Below are positions 37,825 through 46,371 of a stretch of DNA of 64,000 nucleotides, piece after piece. The notes under the pieces are model-generated. The model made no database searches and was not told the DNA's origin. It saw only the letters and a list, made by a program, of their open reading frames with translations. A program made the position numbers and the translations under genes. The stretch is from positions 304,550 through 368,549 of IMG/VR virus record IMGVR_UViG_3300028676_000003. One strand, 5' to 3'. How positions within the stretch are numbered: the stretch's first letter is position 1; each line of letters opens with the position of its first letter.

Positions 37825-39108
37825 ATGGCAGACGTAAAAAAAGTATGGAATGACGAAGGCGGTAGATTATACCTATCACATCCATCAAGAGAATTTCCTT
37901 TGTTGGAAAATGCAATCTACACAATTGGTGTAGACCAACACGGAAGATTTTTCCTTTCAAAATCTAGTGATGGATTCACTTTCGACTACAAAATCTATGG
38001 TCTTGAAACGAAATTGGTAGAAAGAGCGATTAAAACTTACAGAACGACAAAAGGAAACTTAGGTATCTTATTGAACGGTTTGAAAGGTACTGGTAAAACA
38101 GTAAGTTCTAAGATTATCGCTAATAAATTGGAGCAACCAATTATCCTTGTAGACACTAAGTACGATGGTGTTCAGTTCTTCTTGAACTCAATCACACAAG
38201 ACATTACTATCTTCATTGATGAGTACGAGAAGGTATTTGGTGAAGCGGCTGGAATGCTTACTATCATGGATGGTGCGTCTAACTCTCAACACCGTAGAGT
38301 ATTCTTATTAACTACAAACGAGTTGTATGTTGATAGAAACCTTATCCAAAGACCAGGACGTGTTCGTTACTTGAAAAAGTTCGACGACTTGAAACCTGAA
38401 ATCGTAGAAGAAATCATCGACGATTGCTTGATTCACAAACAATTCAAAGGTGAGTTGTTAACATTTATCTCAGCATTGGAAACAATCACTGTAGATATCG
38501 TTAAAGCGGTTATTAGTGAGGTTAACATCCACGAAGAAGGACCATCTGCATTCGAAGATATCTTTAACGTTAAGAAACTTAGCGGTAGATACAACGTTAT
38601 GATTAGAGATGAGAATAACGACATGGTTGAATTGGCTACAAGTGCCGCAATCTACCCAAGACCAACATTTGGCGACAGACACGTTGGACACCGTTTCGAG
38701 ATTGACAACCAAAACATTGGTACTATCTCAAGAGTAATCAATTGGACAACTGTTGAAGTTTCTCCTTTTGAAACATCTAAAGGTAAAAAATTAGGGTTTG
38801 ATAAACCAATCATCCTTAAAATGGTAGATGCCGATATTACAAACTCAACGTTTGCGTATGACGGTTACGGAGTTTCACTTTTGGGTGATACACCAAAACC
38901 TAAACAATCTAGCTTAGGTAAGTCTCTTTTAGAGAAGCTTGAGTCTGATAACGATGCATACTACAACGAAGATGGTGACGAAGTAGATTCTTCTCCACAA
39001 CCAGTGTCTGAAGCTTCTTATCAATTACAAGCTGAAAGTGCGGTTAAAGTAGCAAGCAACGGAGTAATCTCATTTGATTCAAGTGCAGGTACCCTTACAA
39101 AAGGATAA
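37825..39108 (+). CDS. AAA+ ATPase
   Basis: GLKGTGKT, IFIDEYEK, LTTN, RPGR. Confidence 0.88.
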   Translation: MADVKKVWNDEGGRLYLSHPSREFPLLENAIYTIGVDQHGRFFLSKSSDGFTFDYKIYGLETKLVERAIKTYRTTKGNLGILLNGLKGTGKTVSSKIIANKLEQPIILVDTKYDGVQFFLNSITQDITIFIDEYEKVFGEAAGMLTIMDGASNSQHRRVFLLTTNELYVDRNLIQRPGRVRYLKKFDDLKPEIVEEIIDDCLIHKQFKGELLTFISALETITVDIVKAVISEVNIHEEGPSAFEDIFNVKKLSGRYNVMIRDENNDMVELATSAAIYPRPTFGDRHVGHRFEIDNQNIGTISRVINWTTVEVSPFETSKGKKLGFDKPIILKMVDADITNSTFAYDGYGVSLLGDTPKPKQSSLGKSLLEKLESDNDAYYNEDGDEVDSSPQPVSEASYQLQAESAVKVASNGVISFDSSAGTLTKG

Positions 39109-39113
39109 AACTA

Positions 39114-39148
39114 AATGGTGTGTGGGTAAAACTACACACCGTTTCTAA
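39114..39148 (+). terminator. hairpin, probable terminator
   Basis: AATGGTGTGT/ACACACCGTT stem, weak T-tail. Confidence 0.55.
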
Positions 39149-39157
39149 TTTAAAGAA

Positions 39158-39634
39158 ATGAATAAAGCAATAGAAATACAAGCTCCAAATCAAGTTCCAT
39201 TGACACATGGCCTATATGTGTTCTTAGGTGGTTCTATTGAAATGGGTAAAGCTATAGAATGGCAAAAAGAGGTTATTGAAACTCTTAAGGATGAAAACAT
39301 TGTGTTTTTAAATCCTCGTAGAGATGATTGGAACTCTGAATGGACCCAAACCATAACTGACCCTAACTTTAATGAACAAGTTACTTGGGAATTAAAAAGA
39401 TTAGAAGAATCTGACTTTATTGTTATGGTTATTGACCCAAACACTATCTCACCAATTACTCTTTTAGAGATTGGACTTCACGCTAGAAGCGGAAAGATGA
39501 TTGTTTGTTGTCCTGATGGGTTTTTTAGAAAAGGAAATGTTGATGTTACTGGACATTTTTATGGATATCCAGTTGTTGAAACACTAGAAGAAGTAATAGA
39601 AGCAATTCGTGAAAAATTAAATGGCAAAAAGTAA
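39158..39634 (+). CDS. nucleoside 2-deoxyribosyltransferase-like protein, second copy
   Basis: VFLGGSIEMG, EWQ, NPRRDDW, QV.WEL, SPITLLEIG. Confidence 0.8.
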   Translation: MNKAIEIQAPNQVPLTHGLYVFLGGSIEMGKAIEWQKEVIETLKDENIVFLNPRRDDWNSEWTQTITDPNFNEQVTWELKRLEESDFIVMVIDPNTISPITLLEIGLHARSGKMIVCCPDGFFRKGNVDVTGHFYGYPVVETLEEVIEAIREKLNGKK

Positions 39635-40115
39635 AAGACAACACAAATTAAACACTGAGATTACAGCTAAAGAAGTTCGTGTAACTGACTTGGGTGTAGT
39701 AGCACTGGCAGTAGCTTTAAAAGAAGCTTCATCAAAGGAAATGGACCTTGTTCTTATCAATGAGAACGCAGTTCCACCAGTTTGTAAGATTATGAACTAT
39801 GAGAAGTTCATCTATGAGCAAAGCAAGAAACCTAAGAATAAGGGTCTTGATGTGAAAGAAATCAAATTGGGTCCTAATACGTCTGAAAATGACTTGGAGT
39901 ACCGTATCAAACACATGATTGATTTCTTGAAAAAGGGTCATAAGGTAAAGATAAGTCTTCAATTCAGAGGTCGTCAAATGCAACACATCAACATAGGACA
40001 AGAACAAATCCTAAAGCTAATGGTTGCAGTTGAAGAATTTGGAACAGCCGAGGCAATGCCTAAGTTAGAAGGAAAGAAAATGTTTGCTATGATTAAGCCA
40101 AAACCTAGCAAATAA
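39621..40115 (+). CDS. infC: translation initiation factor IF-3
   Basis: MDLVLI...PPVCKIMNYEKF.YE, KEIKL.P, FL.KG.KVK..L.FRGR. Confidence 0.92.
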   Translation: MAKSKRQHKLNTEITAKEVRVTDLGVVALAVALKEASSKEMDLVLINENAVPPVCKIMNYEKFIYEQSKKPKNKGLDVKEIKLGPNTSENDLEYRIKHMIDFLKKGHKVKISLQFRGRQMQHINIGQEQILKLMVAVEEFGTAEAMPKLEGKKMFAMIKPKPSK

Positions 40116-40117
40116 GG

Positions 40118-40146
40118 TTGACATAAATAAAAATTATGTTTATACT
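40118..40146 (+). promoter_or_regulatory. canonical TTGACA-17-TATACT promoter (overlaps -7-like TACTTGTG)
   Basis: exact hexamers with 17-nt spacer. Confidence 0.55.
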
Positions 40147-40151
40147 TGTGT

Positions 40152-40592
40152 ATGGAAGATTACATATACAACTATTTAACAGAGAATTTTAACGTTGAAA
40201 CCAGTCAGGTTGGAAACGATGGAATATATCGTTTAGACGACAAAAATACACACAAAACACCAATAGATGGGGATAAACTCGTAGCAGAGATTATCGCCAT
40301 TTTTGGCTTACAAGTAGAAGAGGTCTTACTTTTCATACATTTATGGAGCTGTAAGATAAAAAATGATATTGACTTAGATTTCTATTGGAAAAATAATTGG
40401 GAAGTTTTTCATAATGTAGAATTCCCAGTGGTTCATAGAGTTCATGCTACAACCATAGCTTCAGACCTTGTTCCTGTACAACCAATGTCTGCACCTAGTG
40501 ATATTCTTTACCATATTGAGACCATTGAACCTAAAGATACTCTTTATATCAAATATAAAAAGATACTTGAGGGATTACAACATATTTATTAA
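40152..40592 (+). CDS. hypothetical protein with T4 gp23 Gol-like segment
   Basis: FPVVHRVHATTIASDLVPVQPMSAP; N-terminal YL..NF motif shared with 45546 and 54091. Confidence 0.65.
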   Translation: MEDYIYNYLTENFNVETSQVGNDGIYRLDDKNTHKTPIDGDKLVAEIIAIFGLQVEEVLLFIHLWSCKIKNDIDLDFYWKNNWEVFHNVEFPVVHRVHATTIASDLVPVQPMSAPSDILYHIETIEPKDTLYIKYKKILEGLQHIY

Positions 40593-40622
40593 AAGATATT
40601 TGGCAAATCCAAATATTATTAA

Positions 40623-40630
40623 TACCTTTG
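40623..40630 (+). promoter_or_regulatory. Bacteroidota -7 box TACCTTTG
   Basis: TTTGGC upstream; ATG 3 nt downstream. Confidence 0.75.
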
Positions 40631-40633
40631 CAA

Positions 40634-41023
40634 ATGAAATTTAGAACGTATAAAACAAGAGAAGAGAAACTAAAGCAAACGCTTAAGGGACTTCTCTTAA
40701 ATAAAACAGTAAATCAAGATAATTTAGATGGAGTAATCAAGACTATCAATGACTACGAAAAGAATAACTTAGATACAATCGAAAAATTAAAGAAAGATAA
40801 GTTACTCGAAACAAAAAGAATAAGCGGTGCTTTAAAACAAACAATCAACGCTCATGGACCTATCACTAACAATCTTATTGGAAGTGCAACAAAACGAATC
40901 TATGGAGCCTTATTACATAAGCCTGAAAAGAGAACACATATAAACCTTGATATTGGTACATTTATCCTAATACTTATTGCAACAGTATTATTAACAGTCG
41001 CCAGTATCGTAATACTAATATAA
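40634..41023 (+). CDS. protein with C-terminal membrane anchor
   Basis: helical body plus terminal TM segment. Confidence 0.65.
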   Translation: MKFRTYKTREEKLKQTLKGLLLNKTVNQDNLDGVIKTINDYEKNNLDTIEKLKKDKLLETKRISGALKQTINAHGPITNNLIGSATKRIYGALLHKPEKRTHINLDIGTFILILIATVLLTVASIVILI

Positions 41024-41547
41024 TGAAAAAAATAAAAAAACTTGCTATTTTCGATTTTGACGGAACACTTGTTGACACTCCACTACCTGATATTGGGAGA
41101 CTTACGTATCAAGATAAGACGGGAAAAGCCTGGCCTCATGAGGGATGGTGGGGTAGAGAATTAAGCCTTGATATGGATATCTTTGATATGCCAATTGTTC
41201 CACAAGTAATTGAAGATTACCAAAAGGAGAAGTTAGAAGACTCTACTGCTCTAATTATGCTTACTGGTCGTATGACCAAGCTAAGGGATTCAGTTGTCAA
41301 GATTCTTGATTCACATAGTCTAGAATTTCATGAATATCACTACAACCGTGGTGGAGCTACTGAAGTTGCTAAGATTAAAACAATGGAACAACTTCTTGAA
41401 AAGTACCTTCATGTTGAAGAAATCGCAATGTGGGATGATAGAGAAGCGCATATCGCCATTTTTCAAAAATGGGGTGATGAACAAATCAGACAAGGAAATA
41501 TTAAGAGTTTCCAAATAACTCATATTCCAGCAGATAGACATAAATAA
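41023..41547 (+). CDS. Swiss-Army-knife RNA-repair-like HAD phosphatase
   Basis: IFDFDGTL..TP, WW, LTGR, MWDDR..H. Confidence 0.8.
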   Translation: MKKIKKLAIFDFDGTLVDTPLPDIGRLTYQDKTGKAWPHEGWWGRELSLDMDIFDMPIVPQVIEDYQKEKLEDSTALIMLTGRMTKLRDSVVKILDSHSLEFHEYHYNRGGATEVAKIKTMEQLLEKYLHVEEIAMWDDREAHIAIFQKWGDEQIRQGNIKSFQITHIPADRHK

Positions 41548-41551
41548 TACG

Positions 41552-41577
41552 AAAGCCACTGTTTTAGTGGCTTTTTT
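41552..41577 (+). terminator. intrinsic terminator
   Basis: AAAGCCACT/AGTGGCTTT plus T-run. Confidence 0.8.
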
Positions 41578-41602
41578 ATTTGCACAGAACCTAAATAAGT
41601 TG

Positions 41603-41610
41603 TACCTTTG
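41603..41610 (+). promoter_or_regulatory. Bacteroidota -7 box TACCTTTG
   Basis: TTTGCA upstream; ATG 3 nt downstream. Confidence 0.75.
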
Positions 41611-41613
41611 TAT

Positions 41614-41919
41614 ATGGATAAATATGAAAGACTAAAAGGAGAGTTAAGTGAAGTGAAACATGGGAAGATGAAAGCCTTTGGAAATTCCATGACACCCATA
41701 ATAAAAAGTGGGTCCCTGCTTACATTTAATTCTAAAGACAAATACGAAGTCAATGACATTGTATTTTGTAAGGTTAAAGGCCGATATATCGATGCTCATA
41801 AAATTATCAAGGTTGATGAACAAAAGGGTTATCTGATTGCTAATAACAAAGGACATGAAAATGGATGGACTAGAACCATCTTCGGTTATGTTGTTGAAGT
41901 AGAAGCTCCTAAGAAATGA
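41614..41919 (+). CDS. S24/S26 peptidase-like protein
   Basis: GNSM.P.I..G, DIV, HKI. Confidence 0.65.
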   Translation: MDKYERLKGELSEVKHGKMKAFGNSMTPIIKSGSLLTFNSKDKYEVNDIVFCKVKGRYIDAHKIIKVDEQKGYLIANNKGHENGWTRTIFGYVVEVEAPKK

Positions 41920-42074
41920 GACTAGGTAGAATAATAATCTCCTTTATTGAGACAAGAGAGATTGGTGATGATTTGAATCATCAAATCCTTGATAGAGTAA
42001 GTGTTTCTATTTGGGTTAGAAAACGAAAAAGCCTAATAGATGTAATAAAAATTAACCCAATTACTATATTATGA
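41916..42074 (+). CDS. MxLG-family micro-protein, 52 aa (MRLGR; not in track)
   Basis: ATGA overlap at both ends. Confidence 0.6.
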   Translation: MRLGRIIISFIETREIGDDLNHQILDRVSVSIWVRKRKSLIDVIKINPITIL

Positions 42075-42220
42075 AAATAGGTAAAATGATTGATTCAAAC
42101 GTTTCAAAAAGATGTATGGGTTATGAGATAGAGTCTCAAATGTTTAAGGAAGCTTCATCAGAAGTTTGGGGTCCTAGGATAACACGAGTATTTGAAATAA
42201 ATCGAATTAGATTTATATGA
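42071..42220 (+). CDS. MxLG-family micro-protein, 49 aa (MKIGK; not in track)
   Basis: ATGA overlap at both ends. Confidence 0.6.
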   Translation: MKIGKMIDSNVSKRCMGYEIESQMFKEASSEVWGPRITRVFEINRIRFI

Positions 42221-42378
42221 AACTAGGACTTAATGTATATGAAAAGGCTTACAAGGCTAAAACAAGCATCCATGATTTACTTTTAAGTGAAAGAATTGAA
42301 ATGCCTTGCTTTGGTATCTTAGAGTGGATAGAACAAACTAGTATGTTCGTCGCTATTCCTTTGGTTAGAATATTATAA
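42217..42378 (+). CDS. MxLG-family micro-protein, 53 aa (MKLGL; not in track)
   Basis: ATGAAACTAGGA. Confidence 0.6.
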   Translation: MKLGLNVYEKAYKAKTSIHDLLLSERIEMPCFGILEWIEQTSMFVAIPLVRIL

Positions 42379-42393
42379 TTTAAAATAAAGAAA

Positions 42394-42906
42394 ATGATTG
42401 ATAATTCAATAAGAGAAACACTATCTAAATTAGATGGTAATTATAAATTTAACGATTTGTTAACATTTATGGAAGACTCAGGTATAACCTTTTATGACAG
42501 AGGGTTAAACAATGCTTTGGGTCTTACAACACTTGATGGAATTTATTTAGATTTGAGTATGATGCGTTATTTTGGTGATAGGCTTACATTTTTTATTATC
42601 CTTCACGAAATAGCTCATTATAAGAGAATTGCGAGATACGGTGGTAATTGGTTGATTGAAAAATTAAGCGTTGCTGACTACGAAACGTTCCTAAATGGAA
42701 TTTATGAAGAAGAAATCATTGCAGATAGATATGCTTGTCAAATGTTCTATAGATTGAATAGAGATATTTATTTATGGAAACATACTCAACAATTAAACTT
42801 GGTTGAAAATCAAGAGAAGTATCAAGTTGCGGCAAATACGTATTACGGCAAGATTCAAAACGACGAAACAAAATACAGATTATTAATTGAACAGTTTATT
42901 AAATGA
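42394..42906 (+). CDS. HExxH metallopeptidase-like (ImmA/IrrE-like)
   Basis: ILHEIAH ... EE..AD.YA. Confidence 0.65.
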   Translation: MIDNSIRETLSKLDGNYKFNDLLTFMEDSGITFYDRGLNNALGLTTLDGIYLDLSMMRYFGDRLTFFIILHEIAHYKRIARYGGNWLIEKLSVADYETFLNGIYEEEIIADRYACQMFYRLNRDIYLWKHTQQLNLVENQEKYQVAANTYYGKIQNDETKYRLLIEQFIK

Positions 42907-43175
42907 AAAACCAACTAACGTTCTTTAAGATTATAAAAGGCATAGTTAAATTGCCAGTTTTACCAATTGTAATTATGATACCATTGTATTGTATTTACAA
43001 AATTCTGAAGAATACATCAAGAACAGAATTAGAAATAATGGCCGACAAGGGTGAGAGTTATTACACACCTGAAATGAGTAAGTATTGTAAAGATATTGTA
43101 GAGAAGTATCGAGTTGTACTAAACTGTACCGCTATAATACTTTGGTGTGTAATTTTAAATGCTGTTTTAAGATAA
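42903..43175 (+). CDS. membrane protein
   Basis: two hydrophobic segments. Confidence 0.6.
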   Translation: MKNQLTFFKIIKGIVKLPVLPIVIMIPLYCIYKILKNTSRTELEIMADKGESYYTPEMSKYCKDIVEKYRVVLNCTAIILWCVILNAVLR

Positions 43176-43508
43176 TGAGAAATAAAGGAATTAGCTGTGG
43201 TTCAACACCGCACGTAAGCAAAACTGGAAAGTGGCAAGGAGTATTCTACGATTCATCATTAAAGAAATCTATGCATTTAGGTTTTTTTTGATAATAAGTT
43301 AGAAGCTCAAAAGGTTGTTGATGATGCTGTATTTGAGTATTATTCAACAAGAAACTATCTTTTACCAAAAGGAATCACTCTGACTAAAAGCGAGAAAGTA
43401 TTTAGGTATACCGTAACAGTTCAGAACAAGACAGTCCATGTTGGTCAAGCCAAAAGGCTTAAAGATATACTAAAAATAAGATTAGATTTTATAACAGGTT
43501 TGTTATAA
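43175..43508 (+). pseudogene. AP2-domain DNA-binding protein interrupted by +1 frameshift in a T8 run
   Basis: KWQG.F.....HLGFF/DNKLEAQKVVD..; with T7 the gene is a 110-aa ORF. Confidence 0.6.
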
Positions 43509-43523
43509 AGAAAAAAGAAATAT

Positions 43524-45515
43524 ATGATTGAAATTAATGATATCCTACAAGGAAGAATTAGCGTTAATGCTAGTGGTTCTGCGTACTTGGTAAGCCCCGA
43601 TTTACCAAAAGACATTTATCTACACAAGTCTAACACTAACAAAGCGTTACACTTAGATACTGTAAAAATAAGAATAATTGAAGGTAAAGACAATAGTCGT
43701 AAACTTGAAGGTGAAGTAATAGAAATAGTTGAACGTTTTAGAACTGAGTTCGTTGGAGTAATCCAAATAAACGCTAAACATGCTTTCTTCATTCCTGATA
43801 GTAGAAAACTCATCAATGACTTCTTTATTCCAAAAGATAAATTGCTTGGAGCAACTGATGGACAAAAAGTAATTGTTAGACTTACTGAATGGAAAGACGA
43901 TGCCAAGAACCCTAACGGTGAAATTATCCGTATTCTTGGGAACGCTGGTGAACACGAAACTGAAATTCACGCTATCCTTGAAGAATATGGTTTACCATAT
44001 GACTTCGAAGAAGATGTACTTGCCGAAGCTAGAGCAATCCCTATTGAAATCCCACAAGCAGAAATTGACAAGCGTAGAGATATGCGTGATGTTATTACAT
44101 TCACTATCGACCCTGCTGATGCTAAGGATTTCGATGATGCTTTAAGTGTTGAATGGGTTAACGGTGAATTGTTCCTTGGTGTTCACATTGCCGATGTATC
44201 TCACTACTTAAGACCTGATACTGAATTAGATAAAGAAGCCTATGCAAGAGGAACAAGTGTTTATCTTGTTGATAGATGTGTGCCAATGCTTCCTGAGAAC
44301 TTATCAAACGGATTATGTTCGTTAAGACCACATGAAGATAAGTTATGTTTCTCAGCTGTATTCAAGTTGGACCATAACGGAAGTGTTCTTGAAGAGTGGT
44401 TTGGTAAAACAGTAATCAACTCTAATCATAGATTCTCTTATGAGCAAGCTCAAGAAATCATTGAAGCTGAAAAAGGTTCAACAACTCTTATTTACAAACC
44501 AAGAGGTAATGGTCCTTCAATAGGACCACACCACGAAGAAATTGCTAATGTTAACAAATGTTTCCAAGCAATTCGTGACTTGAACAAGATTGCTCAGAAG
44601 ATGCGTAAAGCTCGTCTTAAACATGGTGCCTTATCATTTGATAAACAAGAGGTTAAGTTTGACCTAGATGAAAACAATAAACCTATAGGTATCAAGTTTA
44701 AGACTGCTAAGGATTCTAACAAGCTTATTGAAGAATTTATGCTTCTAGCTAACAAGCATGTTGCACAATTCATCAATAAAAAGGAATTACCTAACGTAAA
44801 CAGGTCTCACGATAAACCTAACGAAGCTAAAGTAGAAGCTCTTAAGGAGTTTGTTAAGCAATTTGGGTATGAAGTGAAGAATTCTAGCCCTGAAGAGACT
44901 ACTAAGTCCCTTAATCAGTTGCTAAAAGACGTTAGAGGTACTGCCGAAGCTGATATGATTGATAATCTAGTAGTAAGAACAATGCAAAAAGCTACATATA
45001 GCACAAAAAACATTGGTCACTACGGTCTTGGGTTCAAAGATTACTCACATTTCACTTCTCCTATTAGAAGATATCCTGATGTAATCATTCATAGACTACT
45101 TGGAATGTATTTAGACACTGAAAGAGTATCTAAAACTGTTCCTAAGATAGAAAAGCTAGAAGGAAGATGCTTACATTTATCTGAAAGAGAGAAAAAAGCA
45201 CAAAAAGCGGAGCGTGATTCAATAAAATACATGCAATGTATCTATATGAGTGAGAATATTGGTAAGGTTTTCCAAGGAATTATCAGTTCTGTAACAGAAT
45301 ATGGTATTTTTGTAGAGATTTTAGAGAATAAATGCGAAGGACTTATCAAATTATCTAATATTGAAGGTGATGCTTATACAGTAGACATGAATAATTATAC
45401 TGTTAAAGGATATAACACTGGTAAAAAGCTTAGACTAGGTGATGTAGTACATGTAATTGTATCTAGTGTTGATATAGAGAAAAAAAATATCAATCTATCA
45501 TTGATTAATTTGTAG
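43524..45515 (+). CDS. rnr: ribonuclease R
   Basis: TIDP.DAKDFDDA, VHIADVSHY, RGTSVY, IEEFMLLAN, HFTSPIRRYPD, C-terminal S1. Confidence 0.95.
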   Translation: MIEINDILQGRISVNASGSAYLVSPDLPKDIYLHKSNTNKALHLDTVKIRIIEGKDNSRKLEGEVIEIVERFRTEFVGVIQINAKHAFFIPDSRKLINDFFIPKDKLLGATDGQKVIVRLTEWKDDAKNPNGEIIRILGNAGEHETEIHAILEEYGLPYDFEEDVLAEARAIPIEIPQAEIDKRRDMRDVITFTIDPADAKDFDDALSVEWVNGELFLGVHIADVSHYLRPDTELDKEAYARGTSVYLVDRCVPMLPENLSNGLCSLRPHEDKLCFSAVFKLDHNGSVLEEWFGKTVINSNHRFSYEQAQEIIEAEKGSTTLIYKPRGNGPSIGPHHEEIANVNKCFQAIRDLNKIAQKMRKARLKHGALSFDKQEVKFDLDENNKPIGIKFKTAKDSNKLIEEFMLLANKHVAQFINKKELPNVNRSHDKPNEAKVEALKEFVKQFGYEVKNSSPEETTKSLNQLLKDVRGTAEADMIDNLVVRTMQKATYSTKNIGHYGLGFKDYSHFTSPIRRYPDVIIHRLLGMYLDTERVSKTVPKIEKLEGRCLHLSEREKKAQKAERDSIKYMQCIYMSENIGKVFQGIISSVTEYGIFVEILENKCEGLIKLSNIEGDAYTVDMNNYTVKGYNTGKKLRLGDVVHVIVSSVDIEKKNINLSLINL

Positions 45516-45545
45516 AAATAGAGTATATTAGGTAAAAATTTACTT

Positions 45546-46331
45546 ATGATTACTGAAGATACATTTATACTAGATTACTTAGAAAGAAACTTTATTGTTA
45601 GTACAAGCGAATACCACTATTATGTGACTGAAGCGATACCTCAACTAGAACTAAATAAAACATATACCTTTGCTACGTTCCAACAATACTATGAAAAGTT
45701 GTTTACCAAGTCTACTATGTATGTTTTCAATACATGGTTTGAACAGAAAACTAGTGCTTTAGTAAAGGAATTAGAAGACTACGTTGATACGCTTGAAAAT
45801 ACTGATGGTGGACTAGCTATGCTTGATAAGATTATCACTAGGTTTAAAAACCCAAATGGTGTTATTAAATATCATGATAGTTTTATTATGAATTTTTTCG
45901 ATAAGTACTACAGAAAAAAATGGCTTATACCAATGCTTAATGAGCTTAAGGAAACATTTCTTTCCTCACATGGAAAGAGTGCCAGCATGCTTGCAATCGT
46001 AGATAATAAGTTAGAATTCGATACAGAGAGACATAGAGACTATGCTTTCTCATACATAAATGAATGGTATTCAGATGAGATTCTCGGACAACAAATAACT
46101 GCGTTGTTCCGAGAATTTGTCGTTACACTAGGTGAGCGAAATTGGAAGATAACTTGGGTTGGTCATGGACCTGTAACCAAGGAAATAATCGAAGCTCATT
46201 TTAAAGATGAAACTGATTTTCAAAAGAAACTTGTAATGATGAAATTCAACCAATGGTACGAACTAGCAATCATTGAAGCCTCTGAAAGACAGATAAAACA
46301 CAATTTTAATACTGGTTTGTTTGGATATTAA
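45546..46331 (+). CDS. hypothetical protein (YL..NF family)
   Basis: FILDYLERNF. Confidence 0.65.
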   Translation: MITEDTFILDYLERNFIVSTSEYHYYVTEAIPQLELNKTYTFATFQQYYEKLFTKSTMYVFNTWFEQKTSALVKELEDYVDTLENTDGGLAMLDKIITRFKNPNGVIKYHDSFIMNFFDKYYRKKWLIPMLNELKETFLSSHGKSASMLAIVDNKLEFDTERHRDYAFSYINEWYSDEILGQQITALFREFVVTLGERNWKITWVGHGPVTKEIIEAHFKDETDFQKKLVMMKFNQWYELAIIEASERQIKHNFNTGLFGY

Positions 46332-46343
46332 AAAAACATTGTG

Positions 46344-46351
46344 TACCTTTG
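46344..46351 (+). promoter_or_regulatory. Bacteroidota -7 box TACCTTTG
   Basis: TTTGG upstream. Confidence 0.7.
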
Positions 46352-46371
46352 TAATCTAAATACTTAATAAT

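Noticed and set aside
40152-40592. Major capsid protein gene
   Set aside because: Only 146 aa, with similarity limited to about 27 residues.
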